From positions 1,408,001 to 1,472,000 of the forward strand of contig CAWEMM010000006.1 in NCBI GenBank assembly GCA_963810095.1: DNA of 64,000 nucleotides. Direction: 5' to 3'. Below, piece after piece: positions 54,254 to 64,000 of this stretch (position 1 is the stretch's first letter; each line of letters opens with the position of its first letter). The position numbers were made by a program, and so were the translations under genes. This DNA is from an uncultured Chloroflexia bacterium. GTDB lineage: Bacteria; Chloroflexota; Anaerolineae; CG2-30-64-16. The notes under the pieces are model-generated. The model was not told the DNA's origin and did no database searches. It saw nothing but the letters and a program-made list of their open reading frames with translations.

Positions 54254-54640
54254 TGTTGGGGGCCGCCGGCCCCATCCATTGGATATGTCTTCTGTTGGGG
54301 GCCGCCGGCCCCCAACGCCCCGGCCGAGGGGCTGCGCCCCCTCGACCCCCAAACTTACTCGGGGAACAGTTCATTTGTGGAGCAACGGCTGGGGCCCACG
54401 GACCGCTGCGGGGCTGCCAGTTGCGGGCTTGCACGAGGCCGGCATTTTAGGAAATGCGCGAGCAATAGCCTCCTCGGGGACATGCAGACGCCGATCTCTT
54501 TGGCGATAACTACGCCAGGAGCGTAGCAATTGGGGGTCTCGGGGGCAACGCCCCCGAGGCGGGGTTGGCAGGGGCCGGCCGGCCCCTGCCAAAAGACCGG
54601 AACCTCGAAGCGGGGTGGACGGAGGCCGCCGGCCCCTGCC
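54254..54640. repeat. Double-hairpin-bounded element, copy 4, with partial terminal duplications
   Basis: TGTTGGGGGCCGCCGGCCCC x2, GGGGCTGCGCCCC, CCCCCAA, 177-nt core, TTGGGGG, TCGGGGGCAACGCCCCCGA, GGCAGGGGCCGGCCGGCCCCTGCC. Confidence 0.8.
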
Positions 54641-56413
54641 TAACGCCGCGTCAAGCCCCACACGAATGCGGCGCCGGCCGCGACGAACAGCCCCGTCGTC
54701 AGCCCGGACGACCCACTCGACGTCTGGAACATCATTCCCGCCAGGAATAGCCCGCCCGCTAGCACGGCCCAGGTGAGCCGGTCGACCGAGCGTTCGAGAC
54801 GGCGGATCGCCTTCGCCGCATCGGGCGCGAGGGCGGTCTGCTGCACCAACTCGCCGCGCTCGGCCGCGGTGAGGAACCGGTCGAGTCGCACGGGCAGCCG
54901 GAGCGCCAGCTGCATGATGCTGCCCAGCTCGTCTAGCACGCCCCGCCAATCGCGCGCTAGTTCCTGCGATGCGAGACGCTCGGCGAAGGGCAGCGTCGCA
55001 GCCCACGGGTCGAAGTGCGGGTCGAGCGTGGTCGCCATGCCCGACAAGATCGCGACGGCCCGGATCGCGAAGAGCACGTCGGTGGGGAACTGGAAGGGCA
55101 GGTCGTACACCAGGTCCCGGTACTCTCGTATGAGGAACGCGGCCTGCTGCATGGCCACGCCGGTGAGTTGGCCCATGCGCACGCCGCCGAAGCGGGCGAA
55201 CAGAACGTCGTGCAACTCCTCGATCCGCTGCCTGTCTGCCCCCGGCAGCAGCACGCCCGCGTCGTAATAAGCCTGCACCAGCCGGCGGGCGTCGCGCGTG
55301 CCCACCGCGATCGCCACGTCACGCATCGCACCGCGCATGCTCTCCGGGATCACCGCCACCATGCCGAAATCCACGAAGATCAGCCAGAACGGCCGCGGAC
55401 TGCCGGGCGGTGCCGCGGGATCGCGCGGCAGGGGGTGTACGAACAGGTTGCCGGGATGCGGGTCGGCGTGGACGAAGCTGTGAACGAAGATTTGCTCGAG
55501 GTAGGTGTCGTACAGGCGGCGCGCGACTTCGGCCCCGCTGATCCCCGCAGCATCCATGGCCGCCACGTCGTCGATCTTGATGCTGGCGACGTTCTCCAGC
55601 GTCAAGACGCGGCGGGTGGTGTATTCCCAGAAGACATCCGCAATGTAGATGCCGGGATCGCCGGCGAAGTCGTCGGCAAACCGGTCCGCGTTGCGGCCCT
55701 CTTCGATGAAATCGAGCTCGGCGCGTGTGGTGCGTGCGAACTCGTCGTAGAGCCGGTCGAGGTCCGCATGCCGGTTGATGGGGGGGTAGAGCTTTAGCCA
55801 GTTGGTCGCCAGGCGCAGTGCGGCGAGGTCGGTTTCGACGAGGAGCTCGATGCGCTTCCGCTGCACCTTCACCACCACTTCCTCGCCGTCCAAGAGCCGC
55901 GCCAGGTGCACTTGTGCCAGCGACGCGGCGGCCTGTGGGGTGGGCGAGAGCCAGGCATAGACCTCTTCGACCGGCCGCTTGAACTCGCCTTCGATCACGG
56001 CGCGGACGTCTTCGAGCGTTTCGGCGGGCACCTCGTCCTGCAGACCGCGCAGCTCAGACGTGACTTCCGGCGGCAGCATGTCGACGCGAATGCTGAGGAA
56101 CTGCCCCAGCTTGATCAGAACGCCGCCATAGCGAACCGCCAGGGCCCGATACCGCTGTGCATGAGCACGCCAGCGCGCGAGGTTGGTTGCCCGCACGTAG
56201 GAGCGGAAGCCGGGCAGGTGGCCCAGCACGAGGTTCCAGCCGATGAAGGAGAGAAAGACACGCGGCGAAGTAGAACGCGACGCGCAAGTAACGCACGCGG
56301 TCGAGCGGCGCGCCGGCCGAAGCTGCCGGCTGTACGAAGTTGGAGAGTTCGCCCAGCGCAACCTGGCTGGCAGGCGCCGTTCTGGGGCGACGGAAGCGGC
56401 GCCCAATACTCAT
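54640..56413 (-). CDS. ABC1/UbiB (AarF) atypical kinase (indel near 56255)
   Basis: IKLGQFLS.R.D, AASLAQVH, VVKVQR, ELDF..EG, HADPHPGN, DFGMV, two C-terminal TMs. Confidence 0.93.
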
Positions 56414-56484
56414 GCGTCAATTGTACCGCGGTTCATAAGCATGTCAATACGTGCGGCGTCTCTCCCCCAACTCCCGGGCTGAGG

Positions 56485-56513
56485 TTGACCCGGCGCGACA
56501 TGCCCTTTATAAT
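56485..56513 (+). promoter_or_regulatory. Sigma70 promoter of tupBC
   Basis: TTGACC-17 nt-TATAAT. Confidence 0.75.
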
Positions 56514-56586
56514 CATTGCGATACAACTATACGCGTTATCCCTGGCGCTCGTCCTCGGTGCGGCGAGTCACACCACATTGTTGGCA

Positions 56587-57279
56587 ATGATCGAAACGTT
56601 CAAGCTGCTATTTTCGAACAATGCAGGCATCCTGGAGATTGTGGCGCTCTCGCTGAAAGTGTCGGGCATCGCGCTGCTCTTCAGCACGCTAATCGGGATC
56701 CCGCTCGGCGCGGCCCTGGGGCTGGGCCGGTTCTTCGGCCGGCGGTTGATGGTGGCCTTCATGTACACGGGCATGGGGTTTCCACCCGTGGTCGTGGGCC
56801 TGTTCGTCTACCTGCTGCTGTCGCGCAGCGGCCCGCTGGGCGGCCTAAACTCGCCGTACCTGCCGAGCCTCTTCACGCCGGGCGCCATGATCCTCGCGCA
56901 GTCGATCATCGCGTTTCCCCTGGTCGCCGGCTTCACGATGGCTGCGGTGATGGGGGTCGACAAGGCGCTGCGCCAGCAGGTGCGCTCGCTGGGCGCCACG
57001 AACTGGCAGACGACGCTGACCGTGCTGCAGGAAGCGCGGATCGGCGTCATCGTCGCCGTCATCGCGGGTTTCGGCGGGATCATATCAGAGGTGGGCGCGG
57101 TGATGCTGGTGGGAGGAAATATCGAGGGCCGGACGCGGGTGATGACGACGGCCATCGTGCTGGAGACGCGGCAGGGGAACTTCGAGATGGCGCTGGCGCT
57201 CGGCGCAATTCTCCTGGCGATCACGTTTGTGGTCAATGTAGTCATGCTGCGCTTGCAGGGGAAGGCCTTCACGGAATGA
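56587..57279 (+). CDS. tupB: Tungstate ABC transporter permease
   Basis: PPVVVGLFVYLLLSRSGPLG, AGFG..ISEVGAVMLVGGNI...TRVMTTAIVLET. Confidence 0.88.
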   Translation: MIETFKLLFSNNAGILEIVALSLKVSGIALLFSTLIGIPLGAALGLGRFFGRRLMVAFMYTGMGFPPVVVGLFVYLLLSRSGPLGGLNSPYLPSLFTPGAMILAQSIIAFPLVAGFTMAAVMGVDKALRQQVRSLGATNWQTTLTVLQEARIGVIVAVIAGFGGIISEVGAVMLVGGNIEGRTRVMTTAIVLETRQGNFEMALALGAILLAITFVVNVVMLRLQGKAFTE

Positions 57280-58016
57280 ACCATGATCTTCGTGCCGCTT
57301 ATGCCATTGAAGACCTGACGAAGGTTTACCAGAACCGGCAGGTGTTGGGCATCGAGCAGTTGGATATTCGCCCCGGCGAGATCCTGGCTGTGGTTGGGCC
57401 GAGCGGGTCGGGCAAGAGCACGCTGCTGCGCCTGCTCAATTTCCTCGAATCGCCCACCGGAGGCCGCATCACGTACCGGGGCGCGCAATTCGATCCCCAG
57501 CACGACGTCGCGCTTGACGTGCGCCGTACGGTGACCACGGTCAGCCAACGCCCCGTGCTGCTGAATCGCTCAGTGCGGGCCAACGTCGAGTATGGACTGC
57601 GGCTGCGGGGCCAGCGTGATCGGGGTGGTGAAGTGCGGGCCGCGCTGGAAAATGTAGGCCTGGCCGAGCTTGAGCGGCAGGACGCGCGGACGCTCTCGGG
57701 GGGTGAGGCGCAGCGGGTGGCGCTGGCCCGCGCGATGGTGATCCGGCCCGACGTGCTCCTGCTCGACGAGCCGACCGCGAACCTGGACCCCTATAACGTG
57801 GCCGTGATTGAGGATGCTGTGCGGCGGCTCAACGCGGAGCGGGGGACGACCGTGGTCCTGGTGACCCACAATGTTTTCCAGGCGCACCGCCTTGCGCACC
57901 GGGTGGTATTCATCCTCGAAGGCAAGGTGGTGGAGGTGGCCGACACCCAGACGTTCTTCGAGCGCCCGGCCGATCCCCGGACGGGCGCATTCGTGCGGGG
58001 GGAGATGATTTGCTGA
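57276..58016 (+). CDS. tupC: Tungstate ABC transporter ATP-binding subunit
   Basis: GPSGSGKST, LSGGEAQRVALARA, DEPTANLDP; coupled to tupB (ATGA overlap). Confidence 0.8.
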   Translation: MNHDLRAAYAIEDLTKVYQNRQVLGIEQLDIRPGEILAVVGPSGSGKSTLLRLLNFLESPTGGRITYRGAQFDPQHDVALDVRRTVTTVSQRPVLLNRSVRANVEYGLRLRGQRDRGGEVRAALENVGLAELERQDARTLSGGEAQRVALARAMVIRPDVLLLDEPTANLDPYNVAVIEDAVRRLNAERGTTVVLVTHNVFQAHRLAHRVVFILEGKVVEVADTQTFFERPADPRTGAFVRGEMIC

Positions 58017-58021
58017 GCGTC

Positions 58022-58133
58022 TGAAATGGGACACTGATGCAACCGGATCTGAGACCGATCTATCGTTGCTGCGCTGCCTGCGGGAAAAGATCGTGACAAT
58101 CAGTCCGATCGGTTCGATCAGTGTCCTATTTCA
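58022..58133. repeat. Family B terminal-inverted-repeat element, copy 3
   Basis: TGAAATGGGACACTGATGCAAC...AATCAGTCCGATCGGTTCGATCAGTGTCCTATTTCA. Confidence 0.8.
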
Positions 58134-58164
58134 TCAGCGTTGACCAGCCCTGCGGGGTGAATGT

Positions 58165-59166
58165 CTATTTGCGCTTCCCGGGGTCTGCCTGTTTTTGTCC
58201 GCCGGGCAGCCTGAGCCTCCCGAAGAACATCTCGCGCAGGGACGAGCCCGCACTGGGCACCTCGGTCATCTGGTTGGGCGCCGCGTCCCAATTGCCCGTA
58301 TAAGTGGCATTAAGCCACCGGTAGCCCTCGGCCAGCCCCCGGTCGATCCGAGCGACCAGTTCATCGGTCTCGCCCGCGGCCAGTTGATCGCGGTACGACG
58401 TCAATTCGGCCACCAGCGCGTCCAGCCAATGAATCACATTGTCCCGGTTTGCCAGTGGCGCCGCGACCGCCTCCTTGCCCGAACGGGCGACCATCAGGGT
58501 GCTGGCGAAGAACTGGTTTGCGGCCAGCTTGCGCATGTCCTGCCACCCTGCGCTGTCCGACGTGGCCGACATCAGTGCGGCGGCCATCAGCGAAGGTAGC
58601 TGCTCGACCCCTGCGACGAGCCCGTCATGCTCCTCGGCGTTCAGGAAGAAAGGTTTTGCACCCATGGCCTCGGCGAGGTCGGCGGCGAGTTGGACCGCGG
58701 TCCCGTCGGTGTTAGGGCCCGGGGTCAGGCAGAACAACTTGCCCTCGAAGAGATTCGCCCGCGCGCCTTCGGTCTCCAGGGAGTCGGACAACACGACGGG
58801 GTGGCCGCCGACGAAATGGACTTCTGGCGGCAGCAGCTCGGCGGCCCACGCCATCACCGGTTCCTTCACATCCGCCGTGTCCACGATCACGCAACCGGGG
58901 CGCAACTCGCCCTTGATCGCGTCGAGCGTGGACCGGATTTCGCTGACGGGCAGCGCAAGGATGACGCGGTCCGCGGGCGCCACGGCGTTGATGAGGTTCC
59001 ACTCCGTGCGGTCGACCGCGCCGGCCCGCTTCGCCTTACTCGAAATCTCGGGGCTGGGATCGTGGCCGACCACGGTCACCTTTTCGGCGTATTTATGGAG
59101 GGCCAGGCCGGCCGATGTTCCGATGATGCCAAGGCCAACGATGGCCACATGCAGCTTGTCGGGCAT
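58165..59166 (-). CDS. tyrA: Prephenate/arogenate dehydrogenase family protein
   Basis: VGLGIIGTS Rossmann motif, DTADVK, FVGGHP, EEHD; some canonical residues diverged. Confidence 0.75.
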   Translation of the reverse strand: MPDKLHVAIVGLGIIGTSAGLALHKYAEKVTVVGHDPSPEISSKAKRAGAVDRTEWNLINAVAPADRVILALPVSEIRSTLDAIKGELRPGCVIVDTADVKEPVMAWAAELLPPEVHFVGGHPVVLSDSLETEGARANLFEGKLFCLTPGPNTDGTAVQLAADLAEAMGAKPFFLNAEEHDGLVAGVEQLPSLMAAALMSATSDSAGWQDMRKLAANQFFASTLMVARSGKEAVAAPLANRDNVIHWLDALVAELTSYRDQLAAGETDELVARIDRGLAEGYRWLNATYTGNWDAAPNQMTEVPSAGSSLREMFFGRLRLPGGQKQADPGKRK

Positions 59167-59236
59167 AGGGGGTCTCTTTCTTGTTGTTGGGCCGGCAGAC
59201 GAACGCGCCGGACGGCGCTCGTGGCTCCGCGCTAGA

Positions 59237-59792
59237 TCAGTTGTCGTCGTCGGCACGCTGCAGCGCAAGCAGCAGCGCGTCTTCGCGCGACGGCGCCGAA
59301 CCGGCGGGCACGGCGTCCTGGTGCCGGCGCATGAGGCTGACGGCCAGCGGCGCGCAGCCGGCATCGGATGCGAGACGGGCACTCGTCGCCGGATGATTGG
59401 CGTGGGCCCAGAGCGGATAGCGCATGCTGCGCCGGCGCGGCTCGGGCGACGTCTTCAGCCGCTGCCACGCCCCCGGTGCGAACGCCTTGATCAGGACCAC
59501 CGCAACCCGGTGAAACAAGGTGACGCCGCCCAGATGCTTGGCCACGTCGTGCAGCAGCGCGGCCTGGGCGAGGGCCGGGTCGTCAAAGCCGCCCGCCCGC
59601 AGCGCAGCCCATACTTTCAGCGCGTGCACCTGGTCAGAGCGGGGCATCCCTCTGAACAACCGCCAACCTGCCTCGGGCAGCGCCCGCCGGGCACGTGCGA
59701 GGTCCTGTTCGTCGGGTCCGCGCCTGCCGCGCCCCCAGTGCCTGCCCGAACTGGCGCACCCGGTAGGCTACACGCCCGCCAAACCCGGCCAT
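59237..59792 (-). CDS. HD domain protein (indel near 59730)
   Basis: YRVRQF.., DQVH, AALLHDVAK, H..., LQRADD. Confidence 0.8.
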
Positions 59793-60427
59793 CAAATGCC
59801 GAGCAGCAGATCGGAAACCTTCGCCGCGCCGACGCTCAGAAAGCCGCCGATGCTCAATTGGGGCAGCACGAGCGGCACCAGGAAGATCGCCATGAGGATC
59901 ATCGGGCCGTAGGCCTGCAAGGGAAGCAGCACCGACGAGATACGCTCGCCGACAAGCCCGTTCAGCACGGCGAAGCCATCGAGCGGCGGAAGCGGGATCA
60001 GGTTGAACAGGAATAGCGTGGCATTGATCAGGATGAACATGTAGACGAAGTCGAGCACGTTTTGCGACGCGCCCTGCAGCAGGCCCAGGCGATACGCGAG
60101 CGCCATCAGGGTTGCCATCAACAGGTTGCTGACCGGACCGGCGGCCGAGACGAGCGCGTGGCCGACGCGCGGCCCGTACCGCAAGTGATAAGGATTCACC
60201 GGCACCGGTTTCGCCCAGCCGAAATGTGCGACCAGCAGGAGGATCGATCCGAGCGGGTCGAGATGCTTGAGCGGGTTAAGCGTCAGGCGACCCTGCTGCT
60301 TGGCCGTGTTGTCTCCCAGCCGGTAGGCCACGAAGGCATGCGCGAGCTCATGAATAGGGAACCCGACCAGCAGGATCACGAGCAGTGCCGCGAGGGTCGG
60401 GAGATCGAGTCCTAAGACGTTTGACAA
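59792..60427 (-). CDS. Site-2 protease (M50) family
   Basis: HELAH, GRLTLNPLKHLDP, AGPVSN, FNLIPLPPLDG. Confidence 0.95.
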   Translation of the reverse strand: MSNVLGLDLPTLAALLVILLVGFPIHELAHAFVAYRLGDNTAKQQGRLTLNPLKHLDPLGSILLLVAHFGWAKPVPVNPYHLRYGPRVGHALVSAAGPVSNLLMATLMALAYRLGLLQGASQNVLDFVYMFILINATLFLFNLIPLPPLDGFAVLNGLVGERISSVLLPLQAYGPMILMAIFLVPLVLPQLSIGGFLSVGAAKVSDLLLGI

Positions 60428-60531
60428 GGGGTGCTCCGTTCACGTACTTCGGGCGGATTATAGCATACGGTCCGACGCCCACCAAGGCATCTTCATTCCG
60501 TTTCGCGTGTGTGTTATGATGATTGCTCCCT

Positions 60532-62768
60532 ATGGCACGCAGCATCGTCGATCTAAGCACCCTTCCATGGCGTTTCGGCCAGGTCGCCCGCCAGGGCTTT
60601 TCGCACGCGGCCGAGCGACGACCGGCGCGCGGTCGCCAACTGGGAACCCGCGTCAGTCCCCGGCGACGTGCGAGCGGATCTGCTGGCGACGGGATATCTG
60701 CGCGGCCTGGATACACCGGAGGATCTTCCGCGGTCAGGCTGGGTGGACAGCGTCGACTGGTGGTATCGGGTCGATATCGATCCGGTCGAACCGGGAACCA
60801 CGGTGGTTCTCGAAGCCGACGGGATCGACTACCTCAGCAGCGTGTGGCTGGATGGAGAGTTTCTGGCCGCGCACCAGGGCATGTTTGCGCGGCAGGCACT
60901 CGTGCTCCCGCCGCCGCATGGAGGCGCCCGGGAAGCACGAGCTGGCGGTGCGGATTTGGGGCGCGGGTGCGCTGCCGCGCCTCCCCAACCCTCCGCTGCG
61001 CCGGGGCCTGCGCCGGCTGATCTGCGGCCTGGGTGTCGTCGACGAATACTTCCCCGATCGCCTCGCCACCCCCAAAGCGCAATACAGCTTCGGGTGGGAC
61101 TTCGCGCCGCGCGTGCTGAGCACGGGCATCTGGGACGGCATCCGCCTGGTCCACTGCCGGGGCGCCTATCTTTCCGACGTGCAGGTGCTTGCCGAGCCGC
61201 TGAGCGAGGGCGACCCGACCCCTGTCCGCTGGACCGTGCGGCTTACGACCCGGCGATTCGAGGAGCAGCGGCTCACTGCGCGGGTCGAGCTGCGCACGCT
61301 CGAAGGTGAACGGATCCCGCTGGCGCGCGATACCTTCGCGTTGGGCGAGGGCAATGCGGCGGACCTGGTCTTTGATTCGCCGCGACTGGCCCGCTGGTGG
61401 CCGTGGGACCAGGGTGAGCCGGCCCTCTACCGCCTTTCAGTTCGACTGTTCGACGAGCGCGGGCCGGCCGACGAGGCGGAGACGGTGGTCGGGCGTGCGC
61501 ACGGTGGGCCGCGAGCGCTTCAAGAACGGGCAGCCCTGGCGTTTCACGGTCAACGGCCGCTCGGTCTTCCTGCGCGGGGCGAACTGGGTGCCCGCCGACA
61601 TCCTGCCCGGCCGGGTGGCCGAGAATGACTATGCCGGCCTGATCGGGCAGGCGCGGGCCGGGGGGGTCAACTTCCTGCGGGTGTGGGGCGGCGGCATCCG
61701 CGAGAAGCCCGCGTTCTGGGAGCTGTGCAACCGGCAGGGCATCCTGGTCATGCAGGAGTTCCCCCTCGCTTGCACGTTCCTCGATCACTACCCGCGCGAT
61801 CCGGGCTACCTCTCCGTGCTCGAGTCTGAGGCGCAAGGCATCGTCCGCGGCTTGCGCAACCACCCAAGTCTGATCGCCTGGTGCGGGGGCAACGAGATCA
61901 GCCCGCAACGTGAGCGGCTTCCTCTGCGTACTATTGAGCGGGTGCTGGCGCGCGAAGACCCCGGCCGGCCCTGGATTCCGGCTTCTCCGTCGACAGGGCG
62001 ACATCCACAACTGGGACGTGTGGCATGGCGGCGCGCCCTGGCAGTCGTTGGCGCGGGTTCGCGCCCCGTTCATGAGCGAGTTCGGCGTGCAGGCGCTGCC
62101 CCATGCCGACACCATCGCCGAGATGTTTCCGTCGGGCCCGCCCACGCGGCTGGACGATGCCGGGTGGGCCGCGCGCAAGCTGCAGGCCGACAAGCTGCGT
62201 CACTACTGTGGGCCCTTGCCCGAAGAGGACCTGGTAGCCACGATTGAGGCTACTCAGAGGACGCAGGCCGCGGCTCTGCAGGCGGGGATCGAGGCGTGCC
62301 GGCTCCGCCGCGAGGGCTCGGGCAGCCCGCGCCCATGCGGCGGGCGTGGCCTTCTGGCAGTTCAATGAGCCGTGGCCCGCGGTCTCCTGGTCCCTGGTCG
62401 ACCGGCGCGGCCGGCCAAAGGCGGCCTACAGTATGCTCATGCGCAGCTACCAACCCCTGCTCGTGGCGGCCGTGTTCGAGCGGCGGGCATGGCGGGCGGG
62501 CGACCGGTTCGACGCCGAGATCTGGGTGGTGAACGACGGGGCGGAAGAAGCAGCAGAGGGCGAAGTCGAGGCGCTGTTGGACGGGCGCAGCGTCTGCCCA
62601 CGCAGCCGCGTCGCGGCGCCTCCCGCGTCTGCCCGGCAGGTTGGGGCATTCGGCGTGCAGTTGGCGGGGCCCCCGGCCACCCTCGCGTTGGCGTGGCGGG
62701 CAGGCGGTGCGGTTCTTGCCGCCAACGAGTATGACCTGCAGGTCTACTTGCCGCCGCCGCAGCCCTGA
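60532..62768 (+). CDS. GH2 beta-mannosidase-like glycoside hydrolase (several indels; 3' end uncertain)
   Basis: DGIDY, KAQYSFGWDFAP..TGIW, RGANWVP, LRVWGGG, RNHPSL..WCGGNE, SEFG, WQFNEPWP across frames. Confidence 0.88.
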
Positions 62769-62859
62769 TGGGTTGGCTGATGCGCCGCGCCGGCGAACTG
62801 CTGCTGCAAATTGGTTGACACATCGGGGTCGTTTCGGATATCCTCGCAAGCAGATAAAA

Positions 62860-63899
62860 ATGCGGATAGTCGTCAACGGCTGGTTCTGGGACCGGATGAC
62901 CGCCGGCAGCGGGCAGTACCTGGCCGCGCTCGGCAGCCGTCTTGCCGCGCGCCGGCTCGGCGCACGAGTTCATTCTGGCGCTGCCGGCGGCGCACGAAGG
63001 AGCCGGCGACGCTCGCTCGAGGGTGGCGCACCGTGCGGCGCGGGACGCCGTTCGACGCGGCTGCAGCGCAGAACCTGGCCAAGCTGTGGTTCGAGCAGGT
63101 CACGTTTCCCGAGCTTGTGCCGCCGTCTGGGGGCGGACGTGGGTTTCGTGCCCTACTGGGGCTCGCCCTGGGCGCGGCCCTGCCCGATGGTCGTCACGGT
63201 GCACGACCTGATCCCGCTGCTGCTGCCGCTGTACCGGGGCGGAAGGCTGCAGCGGATGTACACCGCGTCTCGTCGGCGCGTACGGCTCGGCGGGCCGCGG
63301 CGGTCGTGACGGATTCAGAGGCCAGCCGCCGGGACATCGTGGCCCATCTCCGCGTGCCGGCAGAACGCGTGCATGCGGTCTATCTGGCGGCGGGCCGGCT
63401 GCGAGCTGGGCGCGGACGCCGGACGAGCGCGGCCTTCGCGGCGCGCTTGAACCTGCCCGGCGGGCCGTTTTTGCTGTACCTGGGCGGCTTTGACGCACGC
63501 AAGAATGTGCTGCGGACGCATCGAAGGCTATGCGAAGCTGGCTCGAGCGGCGTGGCCGCCGAGGGGGCCGAAGCGCCGGCTTCTGGTCGATTGCGGGCCG
63601 GCTGCCCGCGGTCGACTCGGACTTTGCGCCGGATCCGCGGCCGGTGGTCCGCTCGGCTCGGGCGTGGCGGACCGTGTTCATTTTGCCGGCTGGGTGGACG
63701 AGGCAGACAAGGCCGCGCTGTACCGGCATGGCAGCAGGCGTCCTGTTTCGTCAGCGAGTATGAGGGGTTTGGCCTGCCGGTGCTGGAAGCGATGGCCTGC
63801 GACCGGGAAAAGAGATCCACGAGACCTGGTAGGTTCAAGCAACCAGGTCACCAGCTGCGAGATTGGGGAGTCCTGGTGACTGAACCGTGCGAAGACTGA
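62860..63899 (+). CDS. GT4 glycosyltransferase (several indels; C-terminus apparently truncated)
   Basis: VVTVHDLIP, DSEASRRDI, YLGGFDARKN, SEYEGFGLPVLEAMAC. Confidence 0.85.
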
Positions 63900-64000
63900 A
63901 TCGCGCGGGCCCACAACATCCTGACGCGCACGTTCAGCCTGCGGCGCGACCAGAACCTGCTGATTTTCGCCGACGTCGCGTCGCTGGAAGTGGTGGAAGT
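63876..64000 (+). CDS. Start of a further gene, possibly M29 aminopeptidase-like (partial)
   Basis: GGGGAG RBS plus GTG; open frame AHNILTRTFSLRRDQNLLIFAD to the window end; needs an indel to join the start. Confidence 0.35.

Noticed and set aside
56514-56586. Moco/tungsten-cofactor riboswitch or ModE box before tupB
   Set aside because: The leader is only about 70 nt and I see neither the multi-stem fold nor a convincing TATAT-N-TATAT palindrome.

Overview
GC-rich bacterial chromosomal window with about 58 genes and one tRNA-Leu(CAA). It most resembles Chloroflexota (Anaerolineae/Caldilineae-like); this is inferred from bacterial translin, Elp3, many Pro/Thr-linker lipoproteins and repeated PTPS-related membrane proteins. 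No CRISPR array, prophage, integrase or transposase is visible. About 20 genes are split by apparent single-base indels, most likely uncorrected long-read errors. Main points: (1) elp3 sits head-to-head with a methyltransferase carrying the Trm9/ALKBH8 motif series, a candidate eukaryote/archaea-type mcm5U34 tRNA pathway in a bacterium; (2) just downstream are two selenoprotein genes that the ORF track splits at in-frame TGA codons (PrdB/GrdB-like C-U-x-x-C and Rdx/SelW C-x-x-U), each followed by a 6-bp hairpin with a GUU loop (SECIS); (3) four copies of a REPIN/MITE-like element with double-hairpin ends, three with 173-177 nt cores, plus several other palindromic repeat families, one of them inside a CDS; (4) a domain I cannot name recurs in four envelope or signalling proteins. 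All family calls come from recalled motifs, not database searches.
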